Shown here: in pieces, positions 9,905-19,397 of the stretch
Position numbering within the stretch: the first letter of the stretch is position 1
Layout of the letters: each line of letters begins with the position of its first letter
Source: a bacterium
GTDB taxonomy: Bacteria > UBA8248
Assembly (NCBI GenBank): GCA_965221165.1
Contig: CBDCRP010000002.1
Location: forward strand, 32,001-96,000
Reading direction: 5' to 3'
DNA: 64,000 bases
The notes under the pieces: model-generated
Seen by the model: the letters and a program-made list of their open reading frames with translations, nothing else
Told to the model about the DNA's origin: nothing
Databases searched by the model: none
Translations under genes and position numbers: made by a program

Positions 9905-10234
9905 CTAGTCGGCGCAACTCTCCGCCAGCCATTCGAGGTATGGCGCGCTCCCCTGGTCGAGGGCTATGGATATGACCTCCGGCACGTCATAGCTATGCTG
10001 TTCGGTGAGGTGCTCGCAGAGGCGTCCCAGCTTTTCCTTTGTGGTCTTCATGATGAGCAAGACTTCCGCATCGTCCTGAATCGCTCCCTCCCACCGATAA
10101 AGGCTGCGGACTTTCGGTATCAAATTAACGCAGGCGCACAGCTTCCGCTCGAGCAATGATTTCGCAATCTGTGCTCCCTCATCTTCGGAGCCTGCCGTGC
10201 TCATTACGATGCGGAACTCCCGGCCATCCTTCAA
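9905..10234 (-). CDS. cutA: Divalent cation tolerance protein CutA
   Basis: Motifs LCACVN, SLYRWEG, LLIMKT and HSYDVPEVI. Confidence 0.92.
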   Translation of the reverse strand: MKDGREFRIVMSTAGSEDEGAQIAKSLLERKLCACVNLIPKVRSLYRWEGAIQDDAEVLLIMKTTKEKLGRLCEHLTEQHSYDVPEVISIALDQGSAPYLEWLAESCAD

Positions 10235-10244
10235 GTTTTTCTCC

Positions 10245-11201
10245 TCATGCGTCCAGTATCTTTTGGGCTGCGCTGTAAGGGTCCACTTTCCGCGCGGCTA
10301 TGGCGTCCAAGAGTTCATCCAACTCCCCCCCACCTTCTCTTCCATCGGCCATACGCTCCACCGCGAGTTCTTTCATCACCTCTGCGAGCGTGATGCGGGC
10401 GCGCTCTCGCCCCAGGCGCCTGGCTTCATCCGGATTTTCTTGCAAAAAGGACACGCGCGCCTCGATATGCGCCACAACATCGTCCGTTCCCTCGCCCGTG
10501 AGCGCTTCTGTTTTCAGTACGGGAGGCCGCCAGGAGTTCGCCTCGCCGGGATGAAACTTGAAATCCAGCATTTCCTCGATTTCCCGCACCGTACGATCCG
10601 CGCCGTCTCGCTTCGCTTTATTCACCACGAAAATATCGCCGATTTCCAGGATTCCCGCTTTCGCCGCCTGGATGTGATCGCCACCTCCCGGAGTCTGTAG
10701 CAAAACGACCACATCCGCATATTGCATGATGTTCACTTCGCCCTGCCCTACGCCCACGGTTTCGATGATCACCACGTCCCAGCCCATGGCGTCCATGACG
10801 CATAGGGCATCTCCGGTCGCGCGGGCGAGTCCGCCCAAATGACCGCGCGTGGCCATGCTGCGGATAAAGACTTTCGGGTCCGTATTGTGTCTGCCCATGC
10901 GGATGCGATCACCCAAGATGGCCCCGCCCGTAAACGGGCTCGTCGGGTCCACCGCGATGACGCACACCTTTTCATCCCGGCCGCGAAAATGGGCGATCAA
11001 CTGATCGGAAAGCGTGCTTTTCCCTGCGCCGGGAGGACCCGTAATTCCGATCACCAGACTCGCTCCGCCTCTTAGATACAGTTCCTGTAGAATCGGCTTC
11101 GCGCGGGGATCGTTATCTTCCGCCAACGTGATGAGCCTGGCTGCGGGCCGCACTATTCCGCCCAGGATCTGAGAGATATTTATCTTATTTTTGTTGAGCA
11201 T
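10245..11201 (-). CDS. meaB: Methylmalonyl-CoA mutase-associated GTPase MeaB
   Basis: Motifs GITGPPGAGKST, VDPTSPFTGGAILGDRIRM, ETVGVGQ and VVNK. Confidence 0.93.
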   Translation of the reverse strand: MLNKNKINISQILGGIVRPAARLITLAEDNDPRAKPILQELYLRGGASLVIGITGPPGAGKSTLSDQLIAHFRGRDEKVCVIAVDPTSPFTGGAILGDRIRMGRHNTDPKVFIRSMATRGHLGGLARATGDALCVMDAMGWDVVIIETVGVGQGEVNIMQYADVVVLLQTPGGGDHIQAAKAGILEIGDIFVVNKAKRDGADRTVREIEEMLDFKFHPGEANSWRPPVLKTEALTGEGTDDVVAHIEARVSFLQENPDEARRLGRERARITLAEVMKELAVERMADGREGGGELDELLDAIAARKVDPYSAAQKILDA

Positions 11202-11266
11202 TTTAGATTATTTATCAATATATTGTGGGCTTATTCTCAAGTTATTCATAAGCAAATGAACAACCC

Positions 11267-12427
11267 TCAAGAATCAAACAGATAACGGCAGATGAGATTG
11301 CGGTGTATTTCGCTCGTGCCTTCCCCGAGAGTGAACACCCGGGCGTCACGCCAGAATAACCCCGCCGGAGTTTCGCCGATGTATCCATAGCCGCCATGAA
11401 TCTGTATGCCTCTGTCGCATACGCGAAGGCACGCCTCGGACGCGAAAAGTTTCGCCATGGCCACTTCTTCTTTGTTGTCCCCTCCTGCATCCCGGATTTT
11501 CGCCGCATGGACGACCATCTCCCGCGCAGTGGCGATGTCTATGGCGCTCTCGCCCATCATCCCGCGCAAACCGGCAAAATCGGACACGGGCTTGCCGAAC
11601 GCTTCCCGCTCCTTTGCATGGGATGCCGCCGCTTCGAGCGACGCCTGCGCTATCCCGACACACATCGCGCCCAGCACGACTCTCCCGTCATTTAGAACCT
11701 GCATTGCCTGCCGCAGACCGTCCCCCTCATCCCCGATGAGGCGGTCCACCGGAATTTCACAATTCTCAAAAAACACTTCTGCCGTGCCAGAGGAAAGCAT
11801 CCCGAGGTTTTGGGCGAGCGGGACGCTTCGACGCCCCGCATCTCCCTTTTCTACCGAAAACGCGCTGATTCCGTTCTTCTCCTCGGATGTGCGCGCAAAG
11901 ATGACCATGCTCTCAAAGTCCATCCCTTGCGTGACGAACATTTTCGCGCCGTTGATGACATAGGCGTCCCCTTGGCGCGCAGCCTCGCACTCCAGGGCTG
12001 CCGCATGACTGCCGGCCACCCGCTCGGTAATCGCCCATGCGCCTATCGCCCCTTCCGTGAGAGGGGGAATCCACCTTTGTTTCTGCGCATCCGTGCCGTA
12101 GTGCAACAAATGGCCCCCGCACAAGCCCGCCGATACGCTCAATGTGAGCGCAAAGCTCGGGTCGCCGCCGGCCAGTTCCTCCATAACAAGACATTCATTA
12201 AACAGCCCCAAGCCCCGGCCGCCCAGGTCTTCAGGTATCTTGACGCCGATGAATCCCCTCTCCACGGCCTCTTTGTAGAGACCGAAGGAGAACGCGGCGT
12301 CCCGGTCGCGCTCCAATGCGCCGGGAGCGAGCCGTTCGCGAGCAAACTCACGGGCCTCTTCCTGGAGGGTTAATTCCGTTTCCGTTAATTCCGTATGCGT
12401 TACAATTGGCAACTCATTATCCTCCAT
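11267..12427 (-). CDS. Acyl-CoA dehydrogenase family protein
   Basis: Motifs WAITE..AGS, INGAKMFVT, R.AFGKP, QIHGGYGY and GEGTSEI. Confidence 0.93.
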   Translation of the reverse strand: MEDNELPIVTHTELTETELTLQEEAREFARERLAPGALERDRDAAFSFGLYKEAVERGFIGVKIPEDLGGRGLGLFNECLVMEELAGGDPSFALTLSVSAGLCGGHLLHYGTDAQKQRWIPPLTEGAIGAWAITERVAGSHAAALECEAARQGDAYVINGAKMFVTQGMDFESMVIFARTSEEKNGISAFSVEKGDAGRRSVPLAQNLGMLSSGTAEVFFENCEIPVDRLIGDEGDGLRQAMQVLNDGRVVLGAMCVGIAQASLEAAASHAKEREAFGKPVSDFAGLRGMMGESAIDIATAREMVVHAAKIRDAGGDNKEEVAMAKLFASEACLRVCDRGIQIHGGYGYIGETPAGLFWRDARVFTLGEGTSEIHRNLICRYLFDS

Positions 12428-13406
12428 GCGCCTGGAGTGCCGGTATAATTTCTTCGCCCAAAAGGGTCAATCTGTGCGGATTGACATCCAGATCGGGAAT
12501 GGTGACGAGTATGTGGTTCACGCCCGCTTTTGGATATTCCTTGAGGCGCGCAATGCAATCATCGGGCGTTCCATAGACGCTCCCCGATTCCGGAATGACG
12601 CTAAATTTCTCACGTGCCGCCCTGGCCACCGCCCTGTCCTTCTCGGGAATCACCATGACCATGAGAGAAGCTCTTATCGCGTCGGGGTCTCTTCCTGTTT
12701 TTTTGCATTCCGCTTCGATCACGGGTCTTTTCTCCAGAAACTGCGCAGGTGTCCACCAGCGGCAATTGTAGCCATCCGCCTGACGGGCCGAAACGCCGAG
12801 CAGTTTTTCCCCTTCGCCTCCCGTCCAAATCGGAGGGTGAGGCTTTTGAGCGGGAGACGGGTCGCAAACGCCGTTTTGAATTTGAAAATACCCGCCTTCG
12901 AAATGGGGAGCGGGTTCGGTCCACATCCCGCGTATCAACTGAATGGCCTCTTCAAGTTGTTTTATTCGTACGGAAGCGCTCGGATAGGGATACCCGAAAG
13001 AATGATATTCATTTTCAATCCAGCCCGCGCCAATCCCGAAGTCCACTCTGCCCTTGCTGATCACGTCGACCGTCGCGGCCGTCTTCGCCAGCATGGCCGG
13101 CGGCCGATATCCCACACACGTCACCAATGTGCCCAGACGCAGGGTTTCGGTATCTCGCGCGAGGGCGGCAAGGGTCGTCCAGGGCTCGAGAATCGCGGTA
13201 TCCTTGGATTGCTCTTCGTCATCCTGGCTGCCGAACCCCGTCTGGTTTCCATAGGAGGCGGGATCGAGCGTCACGAAGTGATCGCAATGCCAAAGAGAAT
13301 CGATGTCTATTTTCTCCGCCTCACGGGCGATTTCTCTCAACTTTTCATAGTCGCCGATATAAAAGCCTTTGAGCGTCAACGCTACGATGATGCCGACTTC
13401 CACCAT
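12417..13406 (-). CDS. LLM-class (luciferase-like, possibly F420-dependent) oxidoreductase
   Basis: Motifs WHCDHF, LEPWTTLAALA, YRPPAMLAK, GIGAGW..EY and PPIWTGG. Confidence 0.88.
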   Translation of the reverse strand: MVEVGIIVALTLKGFYIGDYEKLREIAREAEKIDIDSLWHCDHFVTLDPASYGNQTGFGSQDDEEQSKDTAILEPWTTLAALARDTETLRLGTLVTCVGYRPPAMLAKTAATVDVISKGRVDFGIGAGWIENEYHSFGYPYPSASVRIKQLEEAIQLIRGMWTEPAPHFEGGYFQIQNGVCDPSPAQKPHPPIWTGGEGEKLLGVSARQADGYNCRWWTPAQFLEKRPVIEAECKKTGRDPDAIRASLMVMVIPEKDRAVARAAREKFSVIPESGSVYGTPDDCIARLKEYPKAGVNHILVTIPDLDVNPHRLTLLGEEIIPALQAHGG

Positions 13407-13525
13407 GATGTGCCTCTCATACATGTGAATACCAGAAACCTGTTTTGTGCTCTCACTTTATCAGTATTTCGGGCGAGAAACGAGCAAAATTGAATTTCTC
13501 CGCCTGGGCGACCTTATCCTGAAAT

Positions 13526-14407
13526 CTATTTGCCCAAAACAACCCCAGCGGCTCCCAGGACGGACAAAAAACCACCGATGACGACACGCCAGCCCACCGC
13601 CTCCTGTTTTCTGAAAAACACCCAGGACAAGAAAATAATGAGCAACACCGACAGGCGGTTGAGCGGAATAAGTTGAACGATGTCCCCTGTTTTAATGGAC
13701 GACCAGAAAAAAAAGGCGGCCATGGCGTTCAGGCATGAGCCAATCAAAACGGCCAGCAAACCCTTTTTATCCCACGATGTGGGTTTTCTCCCTTCAACGG
13801 AAAAAGGCAGAACGAACAGCATCGAAAAAAACGCCATCGTACTGCCGACCGTCATCCCTAAGGAGGCGGATTTTATTATCTGCAAACCGAATTTTCCGAA
13901 CAGGTGCGTCATCGCGAAGAGAATGGCCGTACCCAAAGGAGCCACGTAATAATACAAGGGGATGCGCCTTTGGATCTCGCCTTTTTCATACACCAGAAGA
14001 ATCGAGCCCATCATGATGGCCAGCGTCCCGACCGCGATGACCCACGTCATCTGCTCGCCTGCGAAAACCACCGCAAAGAGCGACGCCCACACGAGACTGG
14101 TCTGGGTGACGATCGAAGAACGCGCCAATCCCACCAGCTTCATGCCCACGAGACTCAGGTAACGGCCTATGAACGAGCCGGAAAGGCCCATCGCGGCGAA
14201 CCAGAGCAGGCCCCCGAGCGGCCACTCTTCCACCCCGCCTTCGAGGATATAAAAAACAGTACCCAAACACATCTGCACGGGGGCCATGATGACGTTCATC
14301 ACCACGGGACTCAGGCGCGCCACTCCGGCGCGGTAAAGCGTGCGGGCGGAGGCGATGAAACAAGCGGCAATGAGAGCCAGGATATTGGGATGGATGGAAT
14401 CAACCAA
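13526..14407 (-). CDS. DMT/EamA family transporter
   Basis: About 10 hydrophobic segments with a two-repeat EamA pattern. Confidence 0.85.
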   Translation of the reverse strand: MVDSIHPNILALIAACFIASARTLYRAGVARLSPVVMNVIMAPVQMCLGTVFYILEGGVEEWPLGGLLWFAAMGLSGSFIGRYLSLVGMKLVGLARSSIVTQTSLVWASLFAVVFAGEQMTWVIAVGTLAIMMGSILLVYEKGEIQRRIPLYYYVAPLGTAILFAMTHLFGKFGLQIIKSASLGMTVGSTMAFFSMLFVLPFSVEGRKPTSWDKKGLLAVLIGSCLNAMAAFFFWSSIKTGDIVQLIPLNRLSVLLIIFLSWVFFRKQEAVGWRVVIGGFLSVLGAAGVVLGK

Positions 14408-14410
14408 CGC

Positions 14411-15298
14411 TTATCTTCCCGTCACGGTGGCGAAGGCGCCCAAAAGCGCGATCAACCCACCGAGGACGACGCGCCAGGTCACGTTTTCCTGCTGCCTGAA
14501 CAACAGCCAGGAGAGAAAGATGATCAACAAAACGGATAGACGGGTTAAGGGGATGACGCGGGTGATCTCGCCGAGTTTTACCGAGGTCCAGAAAAAGAAA
14601 ATACCGCAGCCCTGCAACCCGGCGCCCAGGAGAAGGACCATAAGGCCTTTTGTGTCACCACCCGCGCCCGGGTCTCTTTGCCCTTGCGTGAAGGGCAGCA
14701 TTCCCAACAGGAGCGTGAGAGAAGTCGTGTTGGCGACCGCCATCCCGAAAGCGGAAGATGAAATCCACTCGAACGCGAATTTTCCCACCAGATGCGCGAA
14801 TGCGTACAGCAGCGCGGAAGCAATGGGGATCGCATAGTAATGTAGTGGAATCTTACGGCCGACGTCTCCTTTGGGATTATAAACGAGCATGCTCGCCCCG
14901 CACATGACGCCCAGAATCCCAAGCGCCTTCTGAGGCGACATACTCTCGCCCAGTATGAAAACTGCCAGAACCGACGCCCACACCAGCACGGTCTGGTTCA
15001 TCACCGCCGCGCGCGCGAGGCCCGTATAGCGGATGGCGATGAAATTGATGTATCTACCCGCAAAACTTCCGAAAAAGCCCATCGCCATGAACCAGAGAAC
15101 GCCCTGGTAGGGCGTCTGATCGAACGACCCTTCCAACCAGTAAAAAAACCAGCCCATGGTCGTCGTCACGCAGGCCATAGTCAGATTGGCCGTGTGCATC
15201 TTCATGCGCGGTATCGCATAGCGCTGCGAAACACGTGCAAAGGCGATGAGCGCGGCACAGCAGAGCGCTAAAATGTTGGGATGGATGCCGTCAAGCAA
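14411..15298 (-). CDS. DMT/EamA family transporter (tandem paralogue)
   Basis: Shares IHPNILAL, GRY, IPL.RLSVLLIIFLSW and WRVV.GG with the downstream neighbour. Confidence 0.85.
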   Translation of the reverse strand: MLDGIHPNILALCCAALIAFARVSQRYAIPRMKMHTANLTMACVTTTMGWFFYWLEGSFDQTPYQGVLWFMAMGFFGSFAGRYINFIAIRYTGLARAAVMNQTVLVWASVLAVFILGESMSPQKALGILGVMCGASMLVYNPKGDVGRKIPLHYYAIPIASALLYAFAHLVGKFAFEWISSSAFGMAVANTTSLTLLLGMLPFTQGQRDPGAGGDTKGLMVLLLGAGLQGCGIFFFWTSVKLGEITRVIPLTRLSVLLIIFLSWLLFRQQENVTWRVVLGGLIALLGAFATVTGR

Positions 15299-15752
15299 AA
15301 CGTCGACCTTTTATGAAAAATTCATACTGCCATTAGCCATTCTCACCCTGAATGCGTCCGCACGCCCGAAAGCCCAACGCAAACAAGGCCTGTTCCCTGA
15401 GAAACGGATGCCGGATGCAATGAAAATGTCTTGCAGGGGACTTCAGGATATGGAGATGAAGGATTCCGCTCAAAAAATTTCCCAACAGGCAATATATGGA
15501 CGAGCGATTATGGCACGGAAAGAGTCTTTTTGGATAGGCTCATGCGCCGGGAAATGCATATACAGGCGGGTTCTCGTGGGTTGAAGCGCGGACTTGGGCC
15601 CTGCCCTATATCGAAGAGCCGGGTCCAATGGTTCGCAGGAGAGATGAAACGCGCGAAACCGCGTATATTTTCATTTCATATGAAAAAGATTTTAGACCTG
15701 CAACGGAATGCGCCCGAGACCCACGATAAATCAATATTTTAAGGGATGAAAC

Positions 15753-16169
15753 CTACATCTGATCCAAACTTTTATCGACCTCTTTGGGGCCTCTGTAACC
15801 CGGAAAATTCTCGACATAAGGGCAATCCTCCGGCAAACCGCCCATTTCGATGATTTCAGGCCCAATCGGCAGGCACATCGGCTCTTTTTCGAAACGCTCG
15901 GCGTATACGCGGCAGCGGTTCGTCTCGACTTCGAGTTGCGGACACGCGCTCGTCAGCAGGAGCAGCCTGTCTCCCTCCCACACCTTGTCGTAACAACACT
16001 TGCCACAGCCGGTGCAAAGCGCTTCCCACTCAGGCGTGTCCGCGGGAGGCAGGTTCTCATCCATCCACCTTTGGATTTCATCGATGCGGCGCTCTTTTTT
16101 CGTCTTGTACATCGGGATGACTTCGGGGCCGCCTTGTTTCCGGCGCTTGCGGCGAGGTGTTTTTGTCAT
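15753..16169 (-). CDS. YcgN/YkgJ-family cysteine-cluster protein
   Basis: Motifs WEALCTGCGKCC, ACPQL...CRVY..R....PMC and LPEDCPY. Confidence 0.85.
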   Translation of the reverse strand: MTKTPRRKRRKQGGPEVIPMYKTKKERRIDEIQRWMDENLPPADTPEWEALCTGCGKCCYDKVWEGDRLLLLTSACPQLEVETNRCRVYAERFEKEPMCLPIGPEIIEMGGLPEDCPYVENFPGYRGPKEVDKSLDQM

Positions 16170-16237
16170 TTGGCGCCCCGCGATTGTGTCGTGTTCACCC
16201 TACCGGCTCGATGGGATGGGCAACAAGCGCCATGAGT

Positions 16238-17020
16238 CTAGCGATCCTGGAAATTGGCGCGGCGTTTCTCTATGAACGCGCCAAGCCCTTCCTGTGAATC
16301 TTCCGTGCTGTTCACCAAAGCGAATTTTTCGGTCTCGAGCGTCAGACCCGCTTCGAGACCACCCTCCAGCCCGCCGTGTACGGCCTGCAAGATCAGTTCA
16401 ATCGCAGGCTTGCTCTTGGACGCCAGTTTCCCGGCCAGCGCCCTCGCCTCATCCATCAGTGCGTCCGGCTCGCAAACCTTGTTCACCAGACCGATGCGGT
16501 GGGCTTCCGCGGCGTTTACCGGATCGCCCGTCATCAGGATTTCCAGTGCGCGACCCGTTCCGACAAGGCGAGTAAGGCGCTGGGTGCCGCCGTAGCCTGG
16601 AATAATCCCCAGATTTATCTCCGGCTGGCCGAATAGCGCGTTCGTGGAAGCCAGCCGTATCGAGCACGCCATCGCCACCTCGCAGCCGCCGCCCAGTGCG
16701 AATCCGTTCACGGCCGCAATCGAAGGTTTTCCAATGGTTTCCAGCCCTCTCAGGATTTTCGTTCCGTGCTCGGAGAGCCACCTTGCGCTGAGGGGAGTCC
16801 TGCCCACCATGCCCTTGATGTCCGCCCCTGCGATGAAAGCCCGATCGCCCGAACCCGTTAATATCAATACTTTCAGATTGTTATCATCATGAAATTGTGA
16901 TATTAGATGAGCGAGTTCATTCATCGTCTCTGTATTCAAAGCGTTTAGCGCTTTAGGACGACTGAAGGTGCACGTGGCGACGGGGCCATCCGTTTCGTAT
17001 ATTAAATTGATATAGTTCAA
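16238..17020 (-). CDS. Enoyl-CoA hydratase (crotonase)
   Basis: Motifs RPKALNALN, AFIAGADI, AVNGFALGGGCE and QPEINLGIIPGYGGTQRL. Confidence 0.95.
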   Translation of the reverse strand: MNYINLIYETDGPVATCTFSRPKALNALNTETMNELAHLISQFHDDNNLKVLILTGSGDRAFIAGADIKGMVGRTPLSARWLSEHGTKILRGLETIGKPSIAAVNGFALGGGCEVAMACSIRLASTNALFGQPEINLGIIPGYGGTQRLTRLVGTGRALEILMTGDPVNAAEAHRIGLVNKVCEPDALMDEARALAGKLASKSKPAIELILQAVHGGLEGGLEAGLTLETEKFALVNSTEDSQEGLGAFIEKRRANFQDR

Positions 17021-17104
17021 TGCTTTAGCACCTTATATCTAAAGTCTATTTTTAGAGAGGGGAATTTTTCTGCCCTCCCCTTGTTATCGAACTTTTGTTA
17101 TCTT

Positions 17105-18301
17105 TTAACTTTCATCTCCATACGCCTCGACGATCACCGATAAACCCATGCCGCCGCCGATGCAGGCGCCCGCCAGGCCGTACTTCCCGCCCCGGCGTCT
17201 GAGTTCGTGCAGTATCGTGAGGGTGAGCCGCGCCCCGCTCGCGCCCACGGGGTGGCCGATGGCGATGGCGCCGCCGTTCACGTTCGTTTTCTCGCGGTCT
17301 AAGCCCAATTCTTTTTCCACCGCCAGGTACTGGGCGGAGAACGCCTCGTTTATCTCGATCAAATCCATGTCGTCGAGCTCGAGCCCCGCTTTTTTGAGCG
17401 CGATGCGGCTGCTCTCCGCCGGGCCGATTCCCATAATCTTGGGGTCACATCCAGAAACGCCCCAGGATACGAGCCGCCCGATGGGTTTTCGGCCCAGACG
17501 CTCCGCCGCCGCGCGCGAGGAAATCACCAAGGCCGCCGCCCCGTCGTTGATGCCGCTCGCGTTGCCCGCCGTCACCACGCCGCCCTCCTTGAAAGCGGGC
17601 CTGAGCCTCGCGAGCGATTCCTCGTTCGAATCCGCCCGGGGGTGCTCGTCGCGATCGAACGTAATCGTCTTCCTGCGCTCTTTCACCTCGACGGCGAAAC
17701 ATTCTTCCGCCAGCCGTCCGCTCTCCCATGCGTCGTGCGCGCGGGCCTGACTTAAAGCGGCGAACTCATCCACCGCCTCGCGGTGCAGGTCGTATTTATC
17801 CGCCAGATTCTCCGCCGTGATGCCCATCGGCACGTTGGCGTGCGTGTCGGTGAGCGCCGTATAGAGGGCGTCTTCCATCGGCGCCTGGAATAGCTTCATT
17901 CCGGTTCTCGAATTTCTGATGACGTGCGGCGTCAGGCTCATGTTCTCCGCCCCCACGGCGAGCACCACGTCGGCGTCTGCGGTCATGATCTCCTTCGCAC
18001 CGCTCACCACCGCCTGAAAGCCCGAGGCGCACATGCGGTTCACGCAGTAGCCGGGCTTCTCCAGCGGGACGCCCGCCGCCAGCGCGACGTGCCTGCCGAT
18101 GTAGACGCCGTCCGAGTTCGACTGGATGACGTTGCCCACCACGGTGTGGTCGATGTCTTGGGGAGTGACGCCTGCGCGCGTCATCGCCTCTTTCGCCGCC
18201 AGCGCGCCCAGCTCCGTGGCCGACATCTCCTTCAAGGTGCCCAGAAAAGCGCCGAACGGCGTTCTCGCCCCGCCCAGAAAAACGATATCCTTATCCGACA
18301 T
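17105..18301 (-). CDS. Acetyl-CoA C-acyltransferase (thiolase)
   Basis: Motifs NRMCASG, TAGNASGINDGA, EINEAF, GHPVGASG and CIGGGMG. Confidence 0.95.
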   Translation of the reverse strand: MSDKDIVFLGGARTPFGAFLGTLKEMSATELGALAAKEAMTRAGVTPQDIDHTVVGNVIQSNSDGVYIGRHVALAAGVPLEKPGYCVNRMCASGFQAVVSGAKEIMTADADVVLAVGAENMSLTPHVIRNSRTGMKLFQAPMEDALYTALTDTHANVPMGITAENLADKYDLHREAVDEFAALSQARAHDAWESGRLAEECFAVEVKERRKTITFDRDEHPRADSNEESLARLRPAFKEGGVVTAGNASGINDGAAALVISSRAAAERLGRKPIGRLVSWGVSGCDPKIMGIGPAESSRIALKKAGLELDDMDLIEINEAFSAQYLAVEKELGLDREKTNVNGGAIAIGHPVGASGARLTLTILHELRRRGGKYGLAGACIGGGMGLSVIVEAYGDES

Positions 18302-18439
18302 TCCCCTATTCCTCCTGGTTCAAATGTAAGGAAACCAAAAATTCCGTTTTTATCCTGCTTTGTGTCCTCAACATACCGCCAAGGCGAAGCGATGCGCAAG
18401 GGGGGTTGATGTGCGGGCGATCTGGAGGAATCGACTCCG

Positions 18440-19027
18440 CTAAAGTAGTTGATCGGGTGGCACCCGGAACACGCCTTTGATGCTGGAGGTGTTGCAGACG
18501 CATATCTGGATATGGGTTCTCGCGCGGAAACCGGCCCCTTCATATGCCGGCTCGCCTTCCACGAAGACCCCGCGCACGGTGTCTATGGGCTGATCTTCGT
18601 CATCTTCGCGAATTTGATGTAACTGCGTGAATACTGCGCAATCCAACTGACGACGAAGATAATTCGCATCCGATGAGTTTTCGGGGAGAACATTCCCTGT
18701 TTGTTCACAGTATGAAATATAAGTCTCGTGTGCGTCTTGAACCTGTTCAATGCCTGCCGACGTCGTCAAATCAAGACAGAGTCCGAGGTCGATGATCGCC
18801 CCGACAACCGCAGGGGTCGTTATATTGGAACCCCATGGGGCGTTCTGAAGTTCAACCGCGAATTCGAGTCCACGGAGCGGGTTGGCTTCCCAGAAATAGA
18901 TTCCGGGACCGAGCCAGTCGTAATCGTTTGCGCTTTTTTGAAACGGTTCGCCGGAGATAAGCCGCTCGGCGACGGATTGATCGCACCCGTGATACCCGAG
19001 CACGAAAGTCGTCGTCAGTCTGTGCAA
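18440..19027 (-). CDS. Putative ADP-ribosyltransferase-fold toxin
   Basis: N-terminal GYHG, WLGPGIYFWE and C-terminal HIQICV. The spacing is typical of His-Tyr-type ART folds (inference). Confidence 0.6.
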   Translation of the reverse strand: MHRLTTTFVLGYHGCDQSVAERLISGEPFQKSANDYDWLGPGIYFWEANPLRGLEFAVELQNAPWGSNITTPAVVGAIIDLGLCLDLTTSAGIEQVQDAHETYISYCEQTGNVLPENSSDANYLRRQLDCAVFTQLHQIREDDEDQPIDTVRGVFVEGEPAYEGAGFRARTHIQICVCNTSSIKGVFRVPPDQLL

Positions 19028-19030
19028 TTT

Positions 19031-19234
19031 CTACCTGAATCGTTCGGTAAGTTGTCCGTCGGGCGTGTGGGTCCCCAACTTGACAAGAGCCTCCCTCGCG
19101 GTTTCTTTCGATTTCGTGACTTTCTTGAGATATGCCTTACACGCTTTTTTGAACCTGTCTGCGTCGGCTTGGTTCAGAACACCCGAGCGGTACACAATCA
19201 CTTTTTGTTCCGTCTTTTTCTTTTTCTTGCCCAT
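19031..19234 (-). CDS. Small basic protein, putative antitoxin/partner of the ART-fold gene
   Basis: 67 aa, Lys-rich, ends SKETAREALVKLGTHTPDGQLTERFR. Its stop lies 3 nt before the next start. Confidence 0.55.
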   Translation of the reverse strand: MGKKKKKTEQKVIVYRSGVLNQADADRFKKACKAYLKKVTKSKETAREALVKLGTHTPDGQLTERFR

Positions 19235-19397
19235 TCCGTCACCGTTTCTTACTTTGAGACGAATACGCCGAGGCGGAAAGCAGGAGTCCAGCATCAACTC
19301 GTGAGGTTCGATACCCCTCCTGGATCGTTCAACTCAAGAACCGAAGGTATACCCCATCGCATGATATGTCAATTTTTCGACTTTCTTGAAAGCTCCC

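Noticed and set aside
15511-15526. Sigma54 -24 element TGGCACG
   Set aside because: The -12 TTGC is absent (GAGT instead).
15300-15750. Short ORFs or a cobalamin riboswitch in this intergenic region
   Set aside because: No protein motifs and no B12-box core; only one modest hairpin.
19300-19325. GGTTCGATACCC as part of a tRNA
   Set aside because: No cloverleaf can be built, and the match is too short to call an att site.
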